From: Actinomycetota bacterium
Lineage (GTDB): Bacteria > Actinomycetota > Acidimicrobiia > IMCC26256 > JACDBD01
Reading direction: 5' to 3'
DNA: 64,000 nucleotides
Assembly (NCBI GenBank): GCA_046724655.1
Contig: JBKOWY010000018.1
Location: forward strand, 8,863-72,862
The position numbers and the translations under genes are program-made. The notes below the pieces were generated by a model that was given only the letters and a program-made list of their open reading frames with translations, did not search any database and was not told the DNA's origin. Shown in pieces: positions 43,689-54,400 of this stretch (positions are counted from its first letter, which is position 1; each line of letters starts with the position of its first letter).

Positions 43689-44408
43689 ATGGTCGCGTCG
43701 GTCTCCGCCCCTCCGGTTCCCGCCCCGGAGGGCTCCGCGCCGCCCGCGGTCCGCACCCGGCCTCCGACCCTGCGGCTCGAGCGGAAGTGCTGGCGCGCCG
43801 GCGAGCGGACGGTCGTCGGCATCGACGAGGTGGGACGGGGCGCCTGGGCCGGGCCCGTCACGGTGGCGGCGCTCGTCCCTCCGCCGGATCACCTGCGAGG
43901 TGTGCGCGACTCCAAGGAGCTCACCCGCGAGGAGCGGGAGGTCGTCGCGGCCAGGGTGCTCCGGTGGGCGGTCGCCATCGGGATCGGCCACGCGTCCGCC
44001 GAGGAGTGCGATGCGCTCGGGATGACGGCGGCGCTGCGCGCGGCCGGACGCCGGGCACTGTCCCAGCTGGCCGACCTCGGATACGAGCCCGACCGCATCA
44101 TCCTCGACGGCAACTACGACTATCTGGGGCTCGGCTCGCGGGTCACCACCGTCGTGCGGGCCGACTCGACGTGTCTTGCGGTTGCCGCCGCGTCGTGCGT
44201 GGCCAAGGTGACGCGTGATGCGCTGATGCGCGCCGAAGCCGAGCACTATCCCGCCTACGAGTTCGAGTCGAACGTGGGCTATCCGGCGCCCGTCCACAAG
44301 TCGGCGCTGGCGTGGCTGGGACCGAGCGCCATCCACCGGCGCTCGTGGATCTTCATGGACGGGCTGTGCTGGCGGGGTGTCCCGCCGCCGCCCGGCCGCT
44401 TGTTCTGA
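43689..44408 (+). CDS. rnhB: ribonuclease HII
   Basis: VVGIDEVGRGAWAGPVTVAA, DSKELT and SIVAKV-like ASCVAKVTRD are present. The start is uncertain. Confidence 0.9.
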   Translation: MVASVSAPPVPAPEGSAPPAVRTRPPTLRLERKCWRAGERTVVGIDEVGRGAWAGPVTVAALVPPPDHLRGVRDSKELTREEREVVAARVLRWAVAIGIGHASAEECDALGMTAALRAAGRRALSQLADLGYEPDRIILDGNYDYLGLGSRVTTVVRADSTCLAVAAASCVAKVTRDALMRAEAEHYPAYEFESNVGYPAPVHKSALAWLGPSAIHRRSWIFMDGLCWRGVPPPPGRLF

Positions 44409-44420
44409 GGAGAAGAGAAC

Positions 44421-44990
44421 GTGGCTCTCGACCTGCCCGATCTGCACGACCGTGCCTTGCAGCAGACCCGGAGGTACGTCGCCGGTGTCGCCGACGACCG
44501 GTGGCACCAGGACACCCCGTGCGAGGGCTGGGACGTGCGCGAGCTCGTCAACCACATCGTGACCGGCAACTTCTGGGCCGGCGAGCTGGCGCGCGGCAAG
44601 ACGATCGACGAGGTCGGGGACCGGCTCGACGGCGATCTGCTCGGTGACGACCCGGTGACCGCCTACGACGCGTCCGCCCGCGCCGCGAGTGACGCGTTCC
44701 AGGCGCCGGGCGCGATGGAGGCGCCGTGCGCGGTGTCGTACGGGCCGGTGCCGGGGGAGGTGTACGCGGGCCATCGGCTGCTGGACGTGCTCGTCCACGG
44801 CTGGGACGTCGCCAAGGCCACCGAGCAGGACACGACGTTGCCGGCCGATCTCGTCGAGGCGACGTGGGAGGTCGTCGAGCCGCAGAAGGACATGCTGCTC
44901 GGCAGCGGGGCGTTCGGCGCCGACCACACGACGCCGCCGGGCGCCGACCGTCAGACCGCGTTGCTCACGCTTCTGGGTCGCACGCCGTAA
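44421..44990 (+). CDS. DinB-superfamily, mycothiol-dependent maleylpyruvate-isomerase-like (TIGR03086-type) protein
   Basis: PTPCEGW-like TPCEGWDVRELVNHIV and HGWDVAKA are present. The GTG is preceded by GAGGAG. Confidence 0.75.
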   Translation: MALDLPDLHDRALQQTRRYVAGVADDRWHQDTPCEGWDVRELVNHIVTGNFWAGELARGKTIDEVGDRLDGDLLGDDPVTAYDASARAASDAFQAPGAMEAPCAVSYGPVPGEVYAGHRLLDVLVHGWDVAKATEQDTTLPADLVEATWEVVEPQKDMLLGSGAFGADHTTPPGADRQTALLTLLGRTP

Positions 44991-45002
44991 CCTCCATCCC
45001 CT

Positions 45003-45368
45003 ATGGGCCAGGAGATCACCGTCAGCGCCCGGCCGGGCGCGTCGCCGTCGGTCCGGTTCTTCGATCTCAACCGGTCGCTGACCGGCATGGAAATCGAGCG
45101 CTACCACTCGGTCGACGACACGGCCGGCGACCGTCCCCCCGACGTGCTGGCCCGACGGCTGTTCGACCTCGGCGCCACGCGCGTGACGATCTACTCGAGT
45201 GTCGTGACCGTGGAGGCGCCGCCCGAACGCTGGGCCGAGCTCGAGCCCGAAGTCACGGAGACGATCGAGCATCTCTTCGGCTATTACGGCGACGAGGCCG
45301 GCTGGTCACCGGACGCGCTGAAAGCCCTCGGCATCGAGGTCAAACCCCCGCCCGAGCCGCAGAAATAG
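45003..45368 (+). CDS. hypothetical protein, possibly Nfu/NifU N-terminal-like
   Basis: The 121-aa protein has a pattern (..LARRLFDLGATRVTIYSSVVTVEAPPERWAELEPEV..) that resembles Nfu_N. This is a weak call. Confidence 0.5.
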   Translation: MGQEITVSARPGASPSVRFFDLNRSLTGMEIERYHSVDDTAGDRPPDVLARRLFDLGATRVTIYSSVVTVEAPPERWAELEPEVTETIEHLFGYYGDEAGWSPDALKALGIEVKPPPEPQK

Positions 45369-45380
45369 CCCGCCTGGTCG

Positions 45381-45396
45381 TCGAACACACGTTCGA
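45381..45396. promoter_or_regulatory. LexA (SOS) box TCGAAC-acac-GTTCGA upstream of imuA'
   Basis: This is a perfect actinobacterial/Gram-positive Cheo-box type palindrome. It is followed by TAGGGT (45398-45403) and, 7 nt later, by GTG 45411. Confidence 0.8.
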
Positions 45397-45410
45397 CTAG
45401 GGTCGGGGCC

Positions 45411-46064
45411 GTGGCCCTGGCGGCACAACCCCTCCGAGACGAGCAGTCCCGCGAGCTCCTCGACCTCGCCGCCGGGCGCGCCCAGCCCGTGGTGCTCGCC
45501 TGCGAGCGGGTCCTCACCGTGCCCCGCCCGCTGGGTGGGCTGCTCCCGGGCGGCGCGATCCAGCGCGGCACGGTGGTCGCGGTCGACGGCGATCCCGGGG
45601 CGGGGGCCACGTCGGTCGCGTTCCAGTTGGCGGCGTCGGCCACCGCGGCGGGGGAATGGGCCGCTGCGGTCGAGCTCGACGCGAGCCTCGGGGGGCTGGC
45701 GGCCGGGGAGGCGGGAGTCGCACTCGATCGGTTCGCCGTGATCCGGCGGGTGCCCCCCGCCCGCTGGGCGGCGGTGGTCGCGGCCCTGCTCGACGGGATC
45801 AGCGTCGTGCTCGCCGAGGTCCCCACGTTCGCCCGCGTCGGTGACGCCCGACGCCTGCAGGCGCGGGCGCGCGAACGCGGCGCGGTGTTGGTTGCGATGG
45901 GGCGGTGGCCGTCCGAAGCCGCGCTCCGTTTGCAGGCCGGAGGCTCGGTGTGGCGCGGCCTCGGTCACGGCGCGGGCGCGCTCGCAGAACGCGCCCAGCG
46001 GGTGTACGTGGACAGTCGCAGCGTCGCCGGGCGCGAGCAGGTCGCGCTCGTGCAGGCCGGCTGA
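45411..46064 (+). CDS. imuA': ImuA'-like RecA-fold mutasome accessory protein
   Basis: GGAIQRGTVVAVDGDPGAGATSVAFQLAASATAAGEWAAAVE is a degenerate RecA-like P-loop region. The gene sits directly upstream of imuB and behind an SOS box. Confidence 0.7.
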   Translation: MALAAQPLRDEQSRELLDLAAGRAQPVVLACERVLTVPRPLGGLLPGGAIQRGTVVAVDGDPGAGATSVAFQLAASATAAGEWAAAVELDASLGGLAAGEAGVALDRFAVIRRVPPARWAAVVAALLDGISVVLAEVPTFARVGDARRLQARARERGAVLVAMGRWPSEAALRLQAGGSVWRGLGHGAGALAERAQRVYVDSRSVAGREQVALVQAG

Positions 46065-46078
46065 ACAGGGTAAGCGCG

Positions 46079-47725
46079 ATGGCAGAGCGCACAGCCTGTC
46101 TGTGGTGTCCCGACTGGCCCGTCGTCGCGTTGCGCTCGCGTGATCCTGCGCTGCGCGACGTGCCCGTGGCTGTCGTCGAGCGCGCCGAACGCGGGCTCGT
46201 CGTGGTCGCGGCGTCGGCAGAAGCGCACGCAGAAGGGGTGACACACGGCTTGCGCCGGCGTGAGGCAGAGGCGCGCTGCCCCGGTTTGACCGTCGCAGAG
46301 GCCGACCGGCAGGTGGAGGCGCGCACGTTCGAACGAGTCGCGCGTGCGGTCGAGACGTTCACGCCCCATTTCGTGCTCGAGGAGCCGGGCCGGCTCACCT
46401 TCCCGACACGCGGGCCGTCGCGGTATTTCGGCGGCGACGCCGCCATGGCCACGCGTGTCCTCGACGCCGTGCGCGACATCGCGATCGCCGACGCGCGTAT
46501 CGGCGTCGCCGACGGCGGGTTCGCGGCAACGCTGGCGGCGCGCGCCGCCGAGGCCGGCGCTGCATATGTTGTGCCGCCGGGGGAATCGTCCGCGTTCCTC
46601 GCGCCATGGCCCGTCGCGGTGATCGACGACCCGGAGCATCCCGGACTGGCCGATCTGCTCGTCCGGCTCGGCCTGCGCACGCTGGGCGCATTCGCGGCGC
46701 TGCCCGATGGCGCCGTGCTCGGTCGCTTCGGATCGGCCGGTGCACGCGCCCACCGGCTCGCTCGCGGCCGCGACGAGCACAGCGCGTCACCGATGCCACC
46801 GCCGCCCGAGCTCATCGAGACCGCTGAGCTCGACCCGCCCGTCGCTCGCGTCGAGACGGCCGCGTTCGCGGCCAAGGGTCTGGCCGAGCAACTCATGGCG
46901 CGACTCGATGCGCTCGGCCTCGCCTGCACCAGGGTGATGATCGAAGCCGAGACCGAGCACGGCGAGCGGCTCGCCCGCTGCTGGCGTCACGAGGGCGCGC
47001 TCACCCCCGCCGCGCTGGCGGCGCGCGTCCGCTGGCAGCTCGAGGGCTGGCTGACGGGCGACGCAGAGGACGACGACGACATGCACGACGAGCTCGCGAC
47101 CGCCGGACTCGTACTGCTGCGCCTGGTGCCGGACGAAGTGCTGCCCGCCACCGGCCGCCAGCTCGGGTTCTGGGGCGGCGACGCCGCCGCCACCGACCGT
47201 GCCGGGCGCGTCCTCGCCCGCGTGCAGGGAATGCTCGGCCATCCGGCCGTGGTCACCGCCGTACCACAAGGCGGGCGCGCGCCTCGCGAACGGGTGCGGT
47301 GGGTGCCGTGGGGCGACCCTCGTGAACCGGCCCGTCCCCTCGACGCGGTCGCGGCGCCGGGTGCCAACGTCCGCGAGGTCCCGCCGTGGCCGGGCGCGAT
47401 CCCGCCGCCCGCGCCGGCGCGCGTCTTCGACCCGCCGCGGCCCGCGGAGCTGCTCGACCACGCCGGCGAGACGGTCACCGTGTCGGGGCGCGGCGATGCG
47501 TCGGCGCCGCCCGCACGAGTACACAGCGCGGCACTGCCCGGCAACGGCGGCGAAGTCGCCGCGTGGGCGGGGCCGTGGGCGCATGACGCTCGATGGTGGG
47601 ATCGGCGGGCCCGGGCCCGCCGTGCCTACTGGCAGGTGCTGGTGACCGCGCCCGACGGCGAGACCGTCGTCTGCCTCGTCGCGGTGGCCGCCGGACACGC
47701 CAGCCTCGAGGCGATCTACGACTGA
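46079..47725 (+). CDS. imuB: ImuB, Y-family polymerase-like mutasome protein
   Basis: MAERTACLWCPDWPVVA...VAVVERAERGLVVVAASAEAHAEGVTHGLRRREAEARCPGL is the typical ImuB N-terminus. The start is at the internal ATG 46079. Confidence 0.85.
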   Translation: MAERTACLWCPDWPVVALRSRDPALRDVPVAVVERAERGLVVVAASAEAHAEGVTHGLRRREAEARCPGLTVAEADRQVEARTFERVARAVETFTPHFVLEEPGRLTFPTRGPSRYFGGDAAMATRVLDAVRDIAIADARIGVADGGFAATLAARAAEAGAAYVVPPGESSAFLAPWPVAVIDDPEHPGLADLLVRLGLRTLGAFAALPDGAVLGRFGSAGARAHRLARGRDEHSASPMPPPPELIETAELDPPVARVETAAFAAKGLAEQLMARLDALGLACTRVMIEAETEHGERLARCWRHEGALTPAALAARVRWQLEGWLTGDAEDDDDMHDELATAGLVLLRLVPDEVLPATGRQLGFWGGDAAATDRAGRVLARVQGMLGHPAVVTAVPQGGRAPRERVRWVPWGDPREPARPLDAVAAPGANVREVPPWPGAIPPPAPARVFDPPRPAELLDHAGETVTVSGRGDASAPPARVHSAALPGNGGEVAAWAGPWAHDARWWDRRARARRAYWQVLVTAPDGETVVCLVAVAAGHASLEAIYD

Positions 47726-47746
47726 CTCGTCGGACAGCTCAGGAGC

Positions 47747-48091
47747 TCAGATCGGCCGCACGAGCTCGACCGTGTGCCCGGCCGGGTCCCGAAGCGCGGC
47801 GACCCTCCACCCCCACGGCTTGTCGGCGGGCGGCTCGTCGAACGGGACGTTCGCGGCACGGAGGCGCTCGTACTCCGCCTCGACGTCATCAACCTCGAAG
47901 TGGAGCTGCACGTGCTCGGCGTGCCCGATCGGCCGGCCGACATGGAACGCCACGCACGGCCGCCCTGTCTGATCGGCGAGCTGCACGAAGCGCTCTGTCT
48001 CCGACGACACACTCAGGCCCAGATTGCTCGTGTACCAGTCGCGCAACGAAGCGGGATCCTCGACGAACACCGTGACGAGCGAGAACCGCAC
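47747..48091 (-). CDS. VOC/glyoxalase-bleomycin-resistance family protein
   Basis: The 114-aa protein has FHVG...HLHFEVDDVEAEYERL...PWGWRVAALRDPAGHTVEL. Confidence 0.85.
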   Translation of the reverse strand: MRFSLVTVFVEDPASLRDWYTSNLGLSVSSETERFVQLADQTGRPCVAFHVGRPIGHAEHVQLHFEVDDVEAEYERLRAANVPFDEPPADKPWGWRVAALRDPAGHTVELVRPI

Positions 48092-48134
48092 GACCCCGAT
48101 GCTAAGCGGCCTGCTCTCGCCTGTCTCCCCTGAG

Positions 48135-48557
48135 CTAACGAACCTCGAAGATCTCGTACGTCAGCGTCGGGCCGTCGAGCGTCCCCTTGGCGACGGCCTG
48201 AATGCGATTGAGCCAGGCGTACCGCTCGTCGCCCGTCTCGAACAGTGGCGCGGCATAGACCGGTGACTCGCCCGGCGGTTTCGAGAGATCGATGCGCCCG
48301 CGGTAGTGCGTGAACAAGAGCGCGCCGTCGTGTGTCTCGAACGTCGTGCGCACGTCGAGCGTGCACGTCATGTCGGGCCCGATCGTCGCCCAGTCGGCCG
48401 CGGCCGTGCCCTTCAGCGTCGCCGACAAGCGCTCGCCTTCGAGCTTCGCCGCTTCCACTTCGACGATCGTCCGCATGCCGCTCGGCGTGTTCGGCAGCAT
48501 CATCGGGTCTTTCAACGTGATCGTTGCGGTGCACAGCGGCACGAGCTCGATGGTCAC
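48135..48557 (-). CDS. DUF3237 (UPF0311) family protein
   Basis: GMRTIVEVEAAKLEGERLSATLKGTAAADWATIGPDMTCTLDVRTTFETHDGALL is the DUF3237 pattern. Confidence 0.75.
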   Translation of the reverse strand: MTIELVPLCTATITLKDPMMLPNTPSGMRTIVEVEAAKLEGERLSATLKGTAAADWATIGPDMTCTLDVRTTFETHDGALLFTHYRGRIDLSKPPGESPVYAAPLFETGDERYAWLNRIQAVAKGTLDGPTLTYEIFEVR

Positions 48558-48570
48558 TCTGGCTCCTTGT

Positions 48571-49085
48571 TCAGCGGAGGATCTCGATCAGCAGGACCCA
48601 TGCATTCCCGAGAGCCCCGGTGTACGCCGCGACGACAGCGGCCGGCCACCAGTAGAGCCCTTCTCCGGCCGTCGCGGCGAACGTGATCGCGGTGATGACC
48701 ACAAGCACGGGGGAGCCGAGCCCGAAGACGCGGCGGATGACGATGGTCGAGCGCGCGGGCCTTCGTGGCCGTCGGTCGAAACGACCTCGCCCGCACCCCG
48801 CTGCAGCAGGTAGACCGCGGCAAGGAGCGCGGCGCCGAGGACGATCAGCTCCGCGCTCAGCGCGCCACGCGCTTGCCCTGGGATCAGCACCGCCGTCGAC
48901 GTGGCGAGCACGCTGCCGAGCAGGATCACGGCCTCGGCCGCGCGGTTCACCAGCAGCCTCGAAGCGACCACGTCTCGCAGGTTGATCGTGAGCCCGACGA
49001 ACACGAGACCGAGGAGCGCCGCCGACGCGCCGACGTGCGCAACCGCGAACTCCGACCAGTCACCGATCTCGTACGCCACTCTCAT
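48571..49085 (-). pseudogene. multi-TM membrane protein with one frameshift near 48775-48800
   Basis: Track ORF 48588..49085 is hydrophobic up to ..AAVYLLQRGAGEVV and then turns into Ser/Pro/Arg junk. A second frame continues as ..STIVIRRVFGLGSPVLVVITAITFAATAGEGLYWWPAAVVAAYTGALGNAWVLLIEILR* and ends at 48571. Confidence 0.55.
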
Positions 49086-49462
49086 CCCTCCCGTGCCGCG
49101 ACCACGTCGATCGCCACGAGCAGCGACTCCCGCCGCCAGCGCTCGAGGCTCCCGGAGTAACGGGGCTGGTACTTCTCGAACACGAGTCGCCGCCCTCGCT
49201 CCGACTCCGCGCCGCCCGCGACCACGCGCGCCCTCGCCTCGTACCTCGTATTCCGCAGCCGCACCGTCACGGCGGGATCGGCGCGCAGGTTGCGCACCCA
49301 GTCCGAGCGGTCACGCCCGCCGGACAACAGGTAGAGCGTGGACCCCTCTTGCCCGAACCAGATCTCGATCTCGTGGGGCCGACCCGTCAGACGCCCGCGA
49401 GTGGTGAGATAACAAAAGTCGTCGTCGGCGGCGGCGGACAAGCCGGCCGTGAGGTCTGCCAT
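49082..49462 (-). CDS. deazaflavin (F420)-dependent nitroreductase-family protein (Ddn/DUF385-like)
   Basis: From ATG 49462 the protein reads MADLTAGLSAAADDDFCYLTTRGRLTGRPHEIEIWFGQEGSTLYLLSGGRDRSDWVRNLRADPAVTVRL.. Confidence 0.75.
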   Translation of the reverse strand: MADLTAGLSAAADDDFCYLTTRGRLTGRPHEIEIWFGQEGSTLYLLSGGRDRSDWVRNLRADPAVTVRLRNTRYEARARVVAGGAESERGRRLVFEKYQPRYSGSLERWRRESLLVAIDVVAAREG

Positions 49463-49506
49463 TGCGGTGGGAGTCTCGCACCCGGCGGCGCGCGAAGCTC
49501 GGTGTC

Positions 49507-49956
49507 GTGGCGTCCATCGAGTACGCGCGAGAGCTCGCCCGCCGCGACCACGGGCTCGCGATCGTCGTGACGCAGCGGCCGGACGGCTCACCGCAGACAT
49601 CCATTGCCAACGCCGGCGTCCTCCCCCACCCGGTGACAGGCGACACCGTGGTCGGCCTCGTCGTGCGGGGCGATACGCGAAAGCACGCGAACCTGCGGCG
49701 ACGTCCCCGGGCGACCGTCGTCTTCCGGGCCGGGTGGGAGTGGGTCGCGGTCGAGGGACCGGTCGACCTCGCCGGGCCCGACGACGCCCTCCCCGGGCTC
49801 GACACCGACCGCGTTCCGCGCCTGCTGCGCGATGTTTTCAGTGCCGCCGGCGGTACGCACGAGGACTGGGACGAGTACGACCGGGTTATGGCCGCCGAGC
49901 GACGGGTGGGGGTGCTCGTTCATCCCGAGCGCGTGTATTCCAACCCTGGGACCTGA
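49507..49956 (+). CDS. PPOX-class (pyridoxamine-5'-phosphate-oxidase-like) probable F420-dependent oxidoreductase
   Basis: ..GLAIVVTQRPDGSPQTSIANAGVL...TRKHANLRRRPRATVVF.. matches the class. The start is GTG 49507, or TTG 49462. Confidence 0.7.
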   Translation: MASIEYARELARRDHGLAIVVTQRPDGSPQTSIANAGVLPHPVTGDTVVGLVVRGDTRKHANLRRRPRATVVFRAGWEWVAVEGPVDLAGPDDALPGLDTDRVPRLLRDVFSAAGGTHEDWDEYDRVMAAERRVGVLVHPERVYSNPGT

Positions 49957-50795
49957 TCGCTCGCTGGGGCGGCGACGCGGTTGTCGCGATCCGCGGCCGG
50001 CGAATCGGGCGGACCCGTGACCGCGCCGGCCCACAGCCATACCGCGAGCGCCACGAGCAGGACGGCGTACCCGATGAGCAGGAGCAACGGCGACACGGAG
50101 GGTGACCACGCGGGATCCTGCCAGATCAACAGGCTGCCGGTGTGGCCGACGGTGTAACGCCGCAGGTTCTGCGCGAACGCGCCGAACTGGGCCACCACGA
50201 ACGTGACCCCGAAGATCGCGCCCACCACGATGGCCACGCGCCGGCGCGCCAGGATTCCCTTGGGCCGCTGGCTGAGCGCGAAACCGCAGAGGATCGGCAG
50301 TCCGACCGCGAACGGCAGCGTGTACCGGCCTTGCCACCCGAAGCCGAACCGACGCGCCTCGATGAACTCGAGCACCGCCGGGACCACGACGGTCAAGCCG
50401 GCGACCGCGGCGATCAGCGCGGCCATGCGACGGCTGGTGAGGAGCAGGCCGAGTGCGACAAGGACACCGAGCGCCCCCGTCCAGAGCGCCAGCGTAAGGA
50501 AGGGCGCGGGCGTGTCGAGCCAGCCGAAGACGCCGATCATCTGGCGGTAGCTGTCGCGCGTCGAACCGAAAGTCTCCTTCAGGATCTCGAAGTCGCTGAG
50601 CCCCTTGGCCGACACGCCCGGCGGGTCTTTGGAGCCGAGGGCGTCGTTGAACGTGGTCCAGGCGAGCTCGAAGAGGATGCACAGCCCGACGACTCCGCCC
50701 CAGAGCTGCACGACGCGGGCCCGGAGGAGGCGGCGAATCGCCGGCCACGTGCCGGTGAGGAGGAGCACGACACCCGCGATCCCGAGCCAGACCAT
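49920..50795 (-). pseudogene. DUF2142-family membrane protein, C-terminal half only (N-terminal half missing or decayed)
   Basis: ..YRQMIGVFGWLDTPAPFLTLALWTGALGVLVAL...GWQGRYTLPFAVGLPIL.. matches the C-terminal half of DUF2142 proteins of about 500 aa. The upstream frame closes at a TGA near 50860, and no intact N-terminal half is found. Confidence 0.6.
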
Positions 50796-50849
50796 GCCGA
50801 GCGGCCGGGCGAGGACGAGGACTCCGGCCGCGATCGCGGCGCGAGTGAC

Positions 50850-51410
50850 GAGCCGGCCGTCGACGACAGCGCCTCGCGATCGCGATCAGCCTGGTGTTCG
50901 CGTTCTGCACATATTTCATGCCGCATTCCAAGACGTTCTTCATCGAGCCCATGGCGGCTTTGCTCGTCGCGTCGGCAACTTGACGTCCTTCATCACCGTG
51001 CAGAGCGAGTACAACGCGGACCACATCAAGGCAGCCGGGCTCGAAGCGACTGCGGCGAGGCGTCCCCTGACGTATCAGGAAACGATCCGCGTCCTCCGAG
51101 TTGTTGGTTCGAGCCCCGCTATGCGCAGCTCGTCGAGGGAGCTCGCACTGCCCCCGACACGGTCCGGTATTCCGGGCACGTGTTCACCGACGCCGGTTTC
51201 CGCGAGAGGAACGCCGCGCCTCCGACGGAGCGCGAGCGCCTCTTCTGGTTCGGAAGCGTCCCGGTGCTCGACGTATGGCCGGTGTGGATCGTGTTGTGGG
51301 GCGGCCCCAAATGGCTCTATCTCCTGGCGGCATTCCTGCTGTGCGCCGCGACCGGGTTCGTCGTGCTCGCCCGTGCCGTTCGGAGCCGCGGCCCCGAGCC
51401 CGGACCGGGC
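50850..51410 (+). pseudogene. plus-strand gene remnant readable only across three frames (membrane protein fragment)
   Basis: GC3-tracking plus frames give ..AIAISLVFAFCTYFMPHSKTFFIEPMAALLVASAT*, then LTSFITVQSEYNADHIKAAGLEATAARRPLTYQETIRVL, then WFEPRYAQLVEG...RERLFWFGSVPVLDVWPVWIVLWGGPKWLYLLAAFLLCAATGFVVLARAV. The matching minus frames contain stops. Confidence 0.3.
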
Positions 51411-51418
51411 TGGACAGA

Positions 51419-51434
51419 TCGAACGTGTGTTCGG
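51419..51434. promoter_or_regulatory. LexA (SOS) box TCGAAC-gtgt-GTTCGG upstream of dnaE2
   Basis: There is one mismatch to the palindrome. It is directly followed by TATCGT (51435-51440), and GTG 51470 lies 30 nt further on. Confidence 0.75.
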
Positions 51435-51469
51435 TATCGTAGTCGGCCCCGACGGAGTAGGGGCCGCCA

Positions 51470-54400
51470 GTGATCCACGACGTGATGGGCGGCGAGCGCG
51501 GCTACGCCGAGCTGCACTGCCACACGAACTTCTCGTTCCTCGACGGGGCCAGTCACCCCGAGGAGCTGGCCGACGAGGCCGCCCGCCTGGGCCTGGCCGC
51601 CCTCGCCGTCACCGACCACGACGGCCTCTACGGCGTGGTGCGCTTCGCCCTCGCCGCCCGCGCCCACGGGCTCCCCACCGTGTTCGGCGCCGAGCTGACG
51701 CTCGACGCGCCCCGCACGCCGCCGAACGGCTACGCCGATCCGCCCGGCGAGCATCTCGTCATGCTCGCCGAGGGGCCCGTCGGGTACGCCCGTCTGGCCC
51801 GGGCGGTGAGCGCCGCCCAGCTGGCGGGGGAGAAGGGCGCGCCCCGTCTCGACCTCGACGCCCTCGCCGGCGCCGCCCGCGCCCCAGTCCATCTCGACGG
51901 CTCGCGCGCGAGCTCGGTCAATGACGCCTGGTTCGTGCTCACCGGATGCCGCAAGGGCGCCGTCCCGCTCGCGCTCCTCGACGACGGCCCCGCCGCGGCC
52001 CGGCGCGCCCTCGATCGTCTCGTTGCCGCGTTCGGGCGCGACCGCGTGCTGGTGGAGCTGTGGGACCACGGCGACCCGCTCGACCGGCACCGCAACGACG
52101 CGCTCGCCGAAGTGGCGGCGGCGGCGAACGTCGACGTGATCGTGACCAACAACGTGCACTACGCCACGCCCGGTCAGCGACCGCTCGCGACCGCGCTCGC
52201 GGCCGTCCGCGCCCGCCGATCGCTCGACGAGATCGACGGCTGGCTGCCAGCGGCGCCGTTCGCGCACCTGCGCAGCGCGGCCGAGCAGCAACGCCGGTTC
52301 GCCCGTTGGCCGGGCGCGGTCGAGCGCACACTCGACATTGCGGCGACGTGCGCGTTCGACCTGAAGCTGGCGGCGCCCGAGCTGCCCGACCACGACGTGC
52401 CGCCGGGGCACACCGAGATGAGCTGGCTGCGCGAGCTCACCGCGCGCGGCGCCGCCGTCCGGTACCCGCCGAGCCACAAGCAGCACGCGCAGGCGATGCG
52501 CCAGATCGCGTACGAGCTCGACGTGATCGAGGAGCTCGGCTTCCCCGGCTACTTCCTCATGCTCGTCGACATCGTCGAGTTCTGCGATCGCAACGACATC
52601 TACTGCCAGGGTCGGGGCAGCGCCGCCAACAGCGCGGTCTGCTACGCGCTCGGCGTCACCAAGGCCGACGCCGTCGCGCTCGGATTGCTGTTCGAGCGGT
52701 TTCTCTCTCCCGAGCGCGACGGTCCGCCCGACATCGACCTCGACATCGAGCACCAGCGTCGCGAGGAGGCCATCCAGTACGTCTACGACAAGTACGGGCG
52801 CGACCGTGCCGCCCAGGTCGCCAACGTGATCACGTACCGGCCCAAGAGCGCGCTGCGCGAGATGGCGAAGGCAGCCGGCCTCTCACCCGGTCACGCCGAC
52901 GGGCTCACGAAGTGGATCGACCGGTGGGGGAGGGACGTCGGCGCCTTCGACGTCGTGAAGTCCGAAGGGCCGCCGGTGCCGGCGCTCGTCCTCGACCTCG
53001 CCGGCCAGGTGCTCGACTTCCCCCGCCACCTCGGCATCCACTCCGGCGGCATGGTCATGGCCGACCGCCCGCTGGTGGAGTTCTGCCCGATCGAGTGGGC
53101 CCGGATGGAGGACCGGTCGGTGCTCCAGTGGGACAAGGACGACTGCGCCGCGGCCGGGCTGGTGAAGTTCGACCTGCTCGGCCTGGGGATGCTCACGATG
53201 CTGCACCTCGCCGTCGACCTGGTCCGCGAGCACGAAGGCACTGAGATCGACCTCGCCACGATCCCCCAGGAGCCCGAGGTCTACGACCTGTTGTGCGCGG
53301 CCGACACCGTCGGCGTGTTCCAGGTCGAGAGCAGGGCCCAGATGGCCACGCTGCCCCGGCTGCGACCGCGGACGTTCTACGACCTCGTCATAGAGGTCGC
53401 GCTCATCCGTCCCGGCCCGATCCAGGGCGGTTCGGTGCACCCGTACCTGCGGCGCCGCAACGGCGAGGAGCCCGTCTCGTACCCGCACCCGATGCTCGAA
53501 AGCTGCCTCGAGAAAACCATGGGCGTGCCGCTGTTCCAGGAGCAGCTCATGCAGATGGCGATCGACATCGCCGGCTTCACCCCCGCCGAGTCCGACCAGC
53601 TGCGCCAGGCCATGGGCTCGAAGCGCTCCCACGCTCGCATGGCGGCAATGCGCGTGCGGCTGATCTCCGGCATGGCCGAGCGCGGCATCACCGGCGCCAC
53701 CGCCGAAGAGCTCGCGACCAAGTTCGAGGCGTTCGCCGACTTCGGTTTCCCCGAGAGCCACTCGGTCAGTTTCGCCTACCTCGTGTACTCGAGCTCGTGG
53801 ATCAAGCTGCACTACCCGGCCGAGTTCGCGTGCGCGCTGCTCAACGCGCAACCCATGGGCTTCTACTCGCCGCACACGATCGTGCGCGACGCCATCCGTC
53901 ACGGGGTCGAGGTGCTCGGGCCCGACGTGAATGCGTCCCGGAAGGACTGCACGCTCGAGCCGCGTACCGACGACGCGGGCCCGGTCGGTCACCCGCGCCC
54001 GGGCTGGCACGCCGATCCCTCGACCCGGGCGGTGCGCATGGGGCTGCGTTACGTGCGCGGCCTCGCCGACGCGCTGCTCGACCGCATCGACGCCGAACGC
54101 GAGCGCGCGTCGTTCACCGGGCTCGAGGACTTCACCCGCCGCACCGGGGCCCCCACCGACGCCATCGAGGCGCTGGCGACGGCGGGCGCGTTCGACAGCC
54201 TGGGCCAGACCCGCCGCAGCGCGCTGTGGGCGGCCGGCGCGTTGCGCGACGCCCGGCCCGACAAGCTGCCCGGCCTCGTCACCGGGATCGACGCGCCACA
54301 GCTGCCGGGAATGACCGAGGTCGAGGAGACGGCAGCCGACCTGTGGGCGACCGGCTTGTCCGCCGGTCGGCACCCTACCGAGTTCGTGCGCGAACGCCTG

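Noticed and set aside
47838-47854. SOS-box-like TCGAACgggacGTTCGC.
   Set aside because: The spacer is 5 nt instead of 4, and the site lies inside the VOC-family coding sequence on the wrong side of any promoter.
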